Source: an uncultured Alphaproteobacteria bacterium
GTDB lineage: Bacteria > Pseudomonadota > Alphaproteobacteria > Rhizobiales > Beijerinckiaceae
Length of the DNA stretch: 64,000 nucleotides
Direction: 5' to 3'
NCBI GenBank assembly: GCA_963782255.1
Contig: CAWAIS010000002.1
Span: 998,557 to 1,062,556 of the forward strand
Position 1 is the stretch's first letter, and each line of letters begins with the position of its first letter. Below, piece by piece: positions 57,326-64,000 of this stretch. The translations under genes and the position numbers were made by a program. A model generated the notes under the pieces. It saw only the letters and a program-made list of their open reading frames with translations, was not told where the DNA came from and searched no databases.

Positions 57326-58618
57326 ATGACCGTCGCCATCCAAGCCGTCGAGCCCGAAGCGGAGGTCCGCGCCGCGATGCGCGAGATCGGCGCGAAGGCC
57401 CGCGCCGCGGCGCGCACGCTGGCGAACGCGCCGGCGAAGCAGAAGAACCTGGCGCTGACGGCGGCCGCGCGGATTCTGCGCGAGCGTTCGGCCGAGATTC
57501 TCGCCGCCAACGCCCGCGATCTCGCGCAAATCGAGGCGACGGGACTTGGGCCCGCCTTTGTCGACCGGCTCGCGTTGAACGCGGCCAGGATCGAGGCAAT
57601 TGCGCAGGGCCTCGAGGAGGTCGCGGCGCTGCCCGATCCGGTCGGGCGGGTATTGGCGACCTTCACGCGCCCCAACGGCCTCGTGATCGAGCGCGTGGTG
57701 ACGCCGCTCGGCGTCGTCGGCGTCATCTACGAGAGCCGGCCGAACGTCACCGCGGACGCCGGCGCGCTCTGTCTCAAGAGCGGCAACGCGGTCGTCTTGC
57801 GCGGCGGCTCGGACAGCTTCCATTCGTCGGCGGCGATCCATGCCTGCCTCGTGGCGGGCCTCGCGCAAGCGGGGCTGCCGGAGGCCGCCATCTCCCGCGC
57901 GCCGTTCGCCTCGCGCGCCGCGGTCGGCGAGATGCTGAACGGCCTCAATGGAGCCCTCGACGTAATCGTGCCGCGCGGCGGCAGGAGCCTCGTCGATCGG
58001 GTGCAGCGCGAAGCGCGCGTGCCCGTATTCGCCCATCTCGAGGGGATCAACCACGTTTATGTCGACCGGGCGGCGGACCTCGACAAGGCGCTGAAGATCG
58101 TCGTCAATTCGAAGATGCGGCGCACCGGCGTCTGCGGCGCCGCCGAGACGCTCATCGTCCACCGCGTGGCCGCGCCCGGCATGCTGAAGGCCATCGTCGA
58201 GGCCCTGATCGCCGCGGGCTGCGCGGTCAGGGGCGATGCGGCCGTTCGCGAAGCCGACCCGCGGGTCGCGCGCGCGACAGATGAGGACTGGCGGACCGAA
58301 TATCTCGACGCGATCATCGCGGTTCGCGTGGTCGACAGCCTCGATGCGGCGATCGACCACATCGAGACCTACGGGTCGCATCACACCGACTGCATCGTGA
58401 CCGAGGACAAAGCGGCTGCGGATAAGTTCCTCAAGCAGGTCGACTCGGCCATCGTCCTGCACAACGCCTCGACCCAGTTCGCCGACGGGGGCGAGTTCGG
58501 CTTCGGCGCGGAAATCGGCATCGCGACCGGGCGCATGCACGCACGCGGGCCTGTCGGGCTCGAGCAGCTCTGCACGTTCAAATATTGCGTGCGCGGGGAC
58601 GGCCAGACGCGGGCGTGA
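57326..58618 (+). CDS. proA: Glutamate-5-semialdehyde dehydrogenase (gamma-glutamyl phosphate reductase)
   Basis: ATG at 57326. [18 protein letters not shown] and HTDCIVTED motifs. Confidence 0.93.
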   Translation: MTVAIQAVEPEAEVRAAMREIGAKARAAARTLANAPAKQKNLALTAAARILRERSAEILAANARDLAQIEATGLGPAFVDRLALNAARIEAIAQGLEEVAALPDPVGRVLATFTRPNGLVIERVVTPLGVVGVIYESRPNVTADAGALCLKSGNAVVLRGGSDSFHSSAAIHACLVAGLAQAGLPEAAISRAPFASRAAVGEMLNGLNGALDVIVPRGGRSLVDRVQREARVPVFAHLEGINHVYVDRAADLDKALKIVVNSKMRRTGVCGAAETLIVHRVAAPGMLKAIVEALIAAGCAVRGDAAVREADPRVARATDEDWRTEYLDAIIAVRVVDSLDAAIDHIETYGSHHTDCIVTEDKAAADKFLKQVDSAIVLHNASTQFADGGEFGFGAEIGIATGRMHARGPVGLEQLCTFKYCVRGDGQTRA

Positions 58619-58644
58619 AGGCGGGTCGAGATCGCCCTCGCGCA

Positions 58645-59139
58645 TTATTTTTTCGGCGCAGGCGGCGCGGGGCCTTTGGGATTTCGCACCGTGTTCTGAT
58701 AATCGGCGAGAAGCTCTGCGTCTTCTATCGATCCGTGATGATGAATCTGCCGCCAGCGTTCGCCGACGAGCCGAAATATCCGGGTCGTGCGGATATTGAG
58801 GTCTTTGACCGCGTCGCCGTCGCGGTACGTGCCGCGCTCGCGCCCGACCGCCCAGAACACGTCGCCGAAGCGATGAATGGTATAGTCCCAGAATTCGACA
58901 TGGGCGTCGGATGGGCTCTTGAATACGACCTCGTACATTTTATGGGGCGCGTCCGCGCCGCGCCGGATTCCGCCGAGCGGGTTGTCGATCGCGACCTCGT
59001 CGGACGGACAAAAATTCTCGTCGATCATGTCGAGATCGCGAGAATTGAATGCCCGGTAGAACTGGGCCAACGCCTGTCGCGGCCGGCTGAGGTCGCCAAG
59101 GTCCTCGGCGCCCGTGATGGGCTCTGTGGTTGGGTTCAT
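58645..59139 (-). CDS. NTF2/SnoaL-like fold protein
   Basis: ATG at 59139. LAQFYRAFNSRDLDMIDENF...RTTRIFRLVGERWRQIHHHGS is typical of SnoaL-like proteins. Confidence 0.65.
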   Translation of the reverse strand: MNPTTEPITGAEDLGDLSRPRQALAQFYRAFNSRDLDMIDENFCPSDEVAIDNPLGGIRRGADAPHKMYEVVFKSPSDAHVEFWDYTIHRFGDVFWAVGRERGTYRDGDAVKDLNIRTTRIFRLVGERWRQIHHHGSIEDAELLADYQNTVRNPKGPAPPAPKK

Positions 59140-59287
59140 GGATTGCGCTCCGAATTTTGGCCGACTTCTGTTTCGGGGTCTCTCCAACTATCCAATGCGC
59201 GCGAATAAATTTGGGCGAGCCGGCGCCCGAGGCGTCCCCTCTCCCGGCCCGACCGGCGTAAAACCGATAGGCCTTGGAGGAAACGAG

Positions 59288-60451
59288 ATGCCCGCGCTGA
59301 ACATCGACCGCGCCGACTTCCTCAGAGAGGAAGACATCGTCATTTTTGAAAGGTCGGTGGAGAAGTTTCTCGATGAGCGCGCGCCCGAAGCGCGGGTGGC
59401 GAAGTGGCGCGAAGCGGGAGTTGTCGAGCGCGCGATCTGGCGCGAGGCGGGCGAAGCGGGACTCCTGTGCTTGTCGATTCCCGAGGAATATGGCGGCGCT
59501 GGCGGCGACTTTCGCCACGACGCCATCCTGATCGAGCAGTTGGCGAGGAAGGACGTCAGCGGGTTCATCGCTGGTTTGCATAATGCGATCGTCGCTCCTT
59601 ACATCCTCCATTACGGCTCGGAGGAGCAGAAGAGGAAATGGCTGCCGAAGATGGCGTCGGGCGAAATGATCGGCGCCATCGCCATGTCGGAGCCGGGCGC
59701 CGGATCGGACTTGCAGGGCATCAAGACGTCGGCGCGGCTCGACGGCAACCACTATGTCGTCAACGGGCAGAAGACCTTCATCAGCAACGGCCAGCTCGCC
59801 GACCTCATCATCGTCGTCGCCAAAACCGACCCGTCGCGCGGCGCGAAGGGCACGTCGCTCATCGTCGTCGAGACTGCCGAGGCGCAGGGATTTGAGCGCG
59901 GGCGCAATCTCGACAAGATCGGTCAGGAGGCGCAGGACACGTCGGAACTCTTCTTCGACAATGTGCGCGTTCCCACCGCGAACCTGCTTGGTTCGCAGGC
60001 AGGCATGGGCTTTGTCCAATTGATGCAGCAATTGCCGCAGGAGCGGCTGACCATCGGCATATCCGGCGTCGCGACCATGGAGCGCGCGCTCGACCTGACG
60101 ATCGCCTACGTGAAGGAGCGCACGGCGTTCGGCCAGCGGCTGATCGACTTCCAGAACACGCAGTTCAGGCTCGCCGAGTGCAAGACCGAGGCGACCGTCG
60201 CGCGCGTCTTCATCGACCGGCTGATCGGCCTGCATCTCGACGGAAAGCTCGACGCTGCGACCGCATCGATGGCCAAATACTGGGTGTCCGATCTCGAAAA
60301 CAAGGTCGTCGATGCGTGCCTCCAGCTCTTCGGCGGCTATGGCTACATGATGGAGTACCCGATCGCGCGCTTGTTCCGGGACAGCCGCGTCCAGCGGATC
60401 TACGGCGGCTCGAACGAGATCATGAAGGTCCTGATCGCGCGCACGCTGTGA
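59288..60451 (+). CDS. Acyl-CoA dehydrogenase
   Basis: ATG at 59288 after GGAGGA. AMSEPGAGSDL, QKTFISNG and YGGSNEIM motifs. Confidence 0.9.
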   Translation: MPALNIDRADFLREEDIVIFERSVEKFLDERAPEARVAKWREAGVVERAIWREAGEAGLLCLSIPEEYGGAGGDFRHDAILIEQLARKDVSGFIAGLHNAIVAPYILHYGSEEQKRKWLPKMASGEMIGAIAMSEPGAGSDLQGIKTSARLDGNHYVVNGQKTFISNGQLADLIIVVAKTDPSRGAKGTSLIVVETAEAQGFERGRNLDKIGQEAQDTSELFFDNVRVPTANLLGSQAGMGFVQLMQQLPQERLTIGISGVATMERALDLTIAYVKERTAFGQRLIDFQNTQFRLAECKTEATVARVFIDRLIGLHLDGKLDAATASMAKYWVSDLENKVVDACLQLFGGYGYMMEYPIARLFRDSRVQRIYGGSNEIMKVLIARTL

Positions 60452-60508
60452 GACGCCGCGGCGATGGGCGTTTGCGCGATGGCGCCTCTGCCCGGACCTA
60501 AACCGGCG

Positions 60509-61954
60509 TCACGCCTCGACTTCGGCGCCGTCCTCGCTCCAGCGGGTATGGAACCTTCCCGGTTTGTCGAGGCGCTGGTACGTGTGGGCGCCGAAATAGT
60601 CGCGCAAGCCCTGCAACAGATTGGCCGGCCCGCGCGCGCGGCGAAGGCCGTCGAAGTAAGCGAGCGCCGAGGAGAAGGCGGGCGTCGGCACGCCGTTCGC
60701 GACGGCGAGGGCGACGATGCGGCGCCAGGCGCTTTCGCATCTGACGATGGCGTCGCGGAAATAGTCGCCGAGCATGAGATTTTCGAGCCGAGGATCGCGT
60801 TCGTAAGCCTCCATGATGCGGTCGAGGAAGCGGGCGCGGATGATGCAGCCGCCACGCCAGATCATGGCGATCTCGCCGAGCTTGAGATTCCAGCCGTATT
60901 GCGCGGAGGCGAGCGTCATCTGCTCGAAGCCCTGCGCGTATGCGACGATCTTCGAGGCGTAGAGCGCGTCGCGCATCGCATCAAAGTCGTCCGGCCCGGG
61001 GCGATGGATTTCAGGCGCGGCGTGCATGAAGCGCGCCTCGGCCCGAGCGCGCTCATCGCGACGTGACGACAAGGCGCGGGCGTAGACCGCCTCGGTAATC
61101 GCCGTCAAAGGCACGCCAAGCTCGAGCGCCGACTGTGCGGCCCAGCGGCCCGTGCCCTTCTGCTCGGCTTCGTCGAGGATCGCATCGACGAGCGCGCCGC
61201 CGGCGCCGTCGCGTTTGCGCAAGACCGCCGCGGTGATTTCGATGAGGTAGGAATCGAGTTCGCCCGTTTTCCATTTCGCGAACACGTCGCTGACCGCGGC
61301 GGCGTTCATGCCGTAGAGCGTCCGCATAAGGTCGTAGGCTTCGGCGATGAGCTGCATGTCCGCATATTCGATGCCGTTATGCACCATCTTGACATAATGG
61401 CCGGCGCCCTCCGGGCCGATGTAGACGCAGCAAGGTTGTCCGTCGACCTGCGCCGCCATCTTCGTCACCATCGGCGCGATGCGCTCGTAGGCCGCGCGCT
61501 CGCCGCCGGGCATCATGCTCGGGCCGAGCAGCGCCCCTTCCTCGCCGCCCGAAACGCCCATGCCGATAAAGCGCACGCCCTTGGCCGCGCAGGCCTTGAA
61601 GCGACGGCTGGTGTCGGTGAAGAGCGAGTTGCCGCCGTCGACGATGATGTCGTCGGGTTCGAGATGCTCGATGAGTTCCGCGATCGTCTCGTCGACCGCG
61701 CCGCCCGCCTGGACCATGATGAGGGCGACGCGCGGCTTCGCCAGCGCCGCGACGAACTCGGCGGGAGTCCGCGTCGAGGTAAAACGCCCCTCGGCGCCAT
61801 GCTCCCGAATCAATGTCTCGGTGCGCTCGAAATGACGATTGAACAGCGCGACGCCAAATCCATTGCGCGCGGCGTTGCGCGCGAGATTGGCGCCCATGAC
61901 CGCGAGGCCAACAACGCCAATGTCGGCCAGAGGGGGCTTCGTTGCGTCAGCCAT
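60509..61954 (-). CDS. gnd: NADP-dependent 6-phosphogluconate dehydrogenase (decarboxylating)
   Basis: 481 aa. IGVVGLAVMGANLARN and GHYVKMVHNGIEYADMQLI. Confidence 0.95.
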   Translation of the reverse strand: MADATKPPLADIGVVGLAVMGANLARNAARNGFGVALFNRHFERTETLIREHGAEGRFTSTRTPAEFVAALAKPRVALIMVQAGGAVDETIAELIEHLEPDDIIVDGGNSLFTDTSRRFKACAAKGVRFIGMGVSGGEEGALLGPSMMPGGERAAYERIAPMVTKMAAQVDGQPCCVYIGPEGAGHYVKMVHNGIEYADMQLIAEAYDLMRTLYGMNAAAVSDVFAKWKTGELDSYLIEITAAVLRKRDGAGGALVDAILDEAEQKGTGRWAAQSALELGVPLTAITEAVYARALSSRRDERARAEARFMHAAPEIHRPGPDDFDAMRDALYASKIVAYAQGFEQMTLASAQYGWNLKLGEIAMIWRGGCIIRARFLDRIMEAYERDPRLENLMLGDYFRDAIVRCESAWRRIVALAVANGVPTPAFSSALAYFDGLRRARGPANLLQGLRDYFGAHTYQRLDKPGRFHTRWSEDGAEVEA

Positions 61955-62158
61955 CGGCGTTTCTCCTTGGCGCTCGTTCAGACCCTATGTGCGGACCGGA
62001 ATTTGTCCGAATAGAGGCCCCGATCGCGGCGTCGTCGCGCGGTCGCGGGATAATCGGACTTCTCTACAATCGAGAGGACTTACGGTAGGATAGAGCCCGA
62101 TCCTAGAGTCGGCGGCAGCGGGACGTTTGGATGGGAAGGCCGCTTTCCGGCAGAGCGC

Positions 62159-62821
62159 ATGAGCAATGGCTTTCGTGTCGTTCAGGTCTGGGACGCTCCC
62201 GTCCGCCTCTTCCACTGGCTGGTCGTGGCGCTGGTCGCGGCGGCCTACGCCACATGGCGGCTCAACTGGATGGTTTGGCACGGATGGGTCGGCGACGCGT
62301 TGCTCGCGTTGCTCATGTTCCGACTCATGTGGGGCGTCTTTGGCAGCGAGACGGCGCGGTTCTCGCGCTTTCTCACGTCTCCGCGGACCGCCGTGCAACA
62401 TCTAAAGTATGCGCTCTTGCGCGAGCCAGACCGCCAGGTCGGCCACAACCCGGCCGGCGGCTGGATGGTGCTGTCGTTGCTGGCTTTGCTTCTCGCCGAG
62501 ACGCTGACCGGACTTTACGTCGCCAACGATGTCGCCGACGTCGGACCATTGACCGAGATTGTCCCGGCGCCGGTCGCAAACGCCATATCCGCCGCGCATG
62601 CAATCCTCTGGGACGTCCTGTTGGCGACGATCGTGCTGCATGTTGCGGCCATCGCCGCCTATGCGGCGTTCAAGGGCCAGAACCTGCTGCGGCCGATGAT
62701 CACCGGGACAAAGGTTCTGCCCACGAGCCTGCCCGCGCCGCGCATCGCCAGCGCCGCGTGGGCTGCTTTGCTCATGGCCGGCAGCGCCGCGGCCGCCGCC
62801 GTCCTCGCCAGGCTCATGTAA
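62159..62821 (+). CDS. Cytochrome b561 / Ni-Fe hydrogenase b-type cytochrome family membrane protein
   Basis: VRLFHWLVVALVAAAY...GHNPAGGWMVL. Four TM helices with conserved His residues. Confidence 0.8.
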   Translation: MSNGFRVVQVWDAPVRLFHWLVVALVAAAYATWRLNWMVWHGWVGDALLALLMFRLMWGVFGSETARFSRFLTSPRTAVQHLKYALLREPDRQVGHNPAGGWMVLSLLALLLAETLTGLYVANDVADVGPLTEIVPAPVANAISAAHAILWDVLLATIVLHVAAIAAYAAFKGQNLLRPMITGTKVLPTSLPAPRIASAAWAALLMAGSAAAAAVLARLM

Positions 62822-62827
62822 TTCCGG

Positions 62828-63277
62828 TCAACCCTTGGGAGGGATCACCTGGCCGCGGATCTCGCCCGCCGGGTGGGATTGCGTGTGCACATTGATGTAC
62901 CATTCGCCACCGGAGAACTGCTTCGCCTGTTCGGGCGTGAGCGTTGCGCTGCCCTTGATCGGGTTCGTAGGCGGGGTGCCCTGCACGGTCAGCCAAATCA
63001 CGACCGGTCCATTCTGGCCCGCTTTGGCGGGTCCGTGGAAATGAGCCATCGTGACCGGGCTCGACAGCCCGCTATAGTCGATGTTCCAAGTCACCATCCG
63101 GGTCGACGGGTCGTAAGTCAGGTCGGCCGTGCCGGAGCCGCTCGTGTCGACCGGCGGCACGGATTGAGCCCCCGTGAGCGGAACCTTGAAGGATTCGGCC
63201 TGGGCTGCTGCCGTCCCTCCGACGCCCATGACGACTGCGAAAGGAATGAGCGCTCGCATAAAATTCGTGGCATCCAT
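62828..63277 (-). CDS. CHRD-domain protein (secreted)
   Basis: GSGTADLTYDPSTRMVTWNIDYSGLSSPVTMAHFHGPA...WYINVHTQSHPAGEIRGQV. Confidence 0.8.
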   Translation of the reverse strand: MDATNFMRALIPFAVVMGVGGTAAAQAESFKVPLTGAQSVPPVDTSGSGTADLTYDPSTRMVTWNIDYSGLSSPVTMAHFHGPAKAGQNGPVVIWLTVQGTPPTNPIKGSATLTPEQAKQFSGGEWYINVHTQSHPAGEIRGQVIPPKG

Positions 63278-63506
63278 CTTTTCCTCCTTGGGCCGGAATC
63301 ATGAGCGGACCGGTTTGAACCGAGCACAGCGCTGAATGATCCCATCTTCGCACAATTTGCCGGGGAACGGACAACCTTTTGCCGGCCCGTAGGGTGTGTG
63401 TGATGATGGCGCCGGGCTTCGAGGGGATTCGTGCGAGGGCTGCCGCAGCCCGCAGAGCGGATCGTGGCGGGGCCAGAAGGGGCAATAAACAGGTGGATCC
63501 AGATTG

Positions 63507-64000
63507 ATGCCGAATGTGTCGATCCGCGCGCGGCTGATCTTCCTTTCAGTCGTGCTGCTTGCGATTCTCGCCGCCTCTTCCGCGCTTCTGATCCGGGAAC
63601 TGGCGCGAGACTCGCAAAGCCTCGCCGAGGAAGCGTTGCTCGTTTCCGTCGTCAAGAACGCCAATTCGGCGAGCAAGCACTTCGGCGACCTCAAGTATTG
63701 GGCGATCGACTCGGCGGTCACGCAGCTCGCTCGCTCTCAACAGGCGGCGGCCGCCGCCAAGACAGCGCTCGACGGCGATCTTAAGGCGGTCTCCGCCGTC
63801 GATCCCGCGGTTGTCGCAGGGATCGGACGCGAAGTGGACGCCATGACCGATTTGGCGCGTCAGGCGGGCGTCGCCTATTCGAGCGACGACAGCGCGGCTG
63901 GCAACGCCCTCCTGGAGCAGGCCAAGAGCCACATTCTCAGCATCGACGGCGAGATCGACAAGATCGTCGACCGGGTCGAGCAGCAGGCGTTAGCCCGGCG
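63507..64000 (+). CDS. N-terminal part of a membrane sensor protein (MCP or kinase type), 3' end outside the window
   Basis: ATG at 63507 and an open frame to the window end; it is absent from the ORF track because it has no stop. TM helix RARLIFLSVVLLAILAASSALLI, then a helical periplasmic region. Confidence 0.55.
   Translation, partial: MPNVSIRARLIFLSVVLLAILAASSALLIRELARDSQSLAEEALLVSVVKNANSASKHFGDLKYWAIDSAVTQLARSQQAAAAAKTALDGDLKAVSAVDPAVVAGIGREVDAMTDLARQAGVAYSSDDSAAGNALLEQAKSHILSIDGEIDKIVDRVEQQALAR

Overview
64 kb of high-GC chromosome. Gene content and synteny (chpT, DUF4167, DUF1134, IalB, amiC-mrcA-prfB, ribF-ileS-lspA) look alphaproteobacterial, probably Hyphomicrobiales; this assignment is an inference. 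Most of the window is housekeeping: lysC, ubiG, rne, amiC, mrcA, prfB (with its programmed +1 frameshift), aspartate aminotransferase, ileS/lspA/ribF, trxA, ilvE, proA, gnd, and a MarR-OmpR-HK operon. Four regions are not ordinary. (1) 2.1-4.6 kb holds gene fragments: a 3'-truncated CheR-PAS-histidine kinase, a membrane-protein stub and two oppositely oriented TPR-gene remnants, wrapped around three small stress-type genes (glsB/yeaQ-like, DUF3309-like, csbD-like). (2) 24.8-28.0 kb is a visibly lower-GC orphan three-gene polysaccharide-export module: an outer-membrane barrel, a Wza-like exporter, and a BY-kinase-like ATPase whose Walker-A lysine is replaced. (3) 32.9-39.7 kb is an accessory island starting right after a lone soxB. 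It contains decamer tandem repeats, an intact IS1595-family element with target-site duplication, a Cache/ChaB pair and an IS110-family element with a structured RNA leader. (4) At the distal end of that island, a clearly AT-richer cassette encodes an intact DUF2971-like protein followed by a DUF3800-like gene carrying a frameshift and a nonsense codon. This cassette is the best candidate here for an uncharacterised accessory, possibly defence-type, module. The evidence is only motif recognition by eye plus genomic context. No rRNA, tRNA or CRISPR array was seen.
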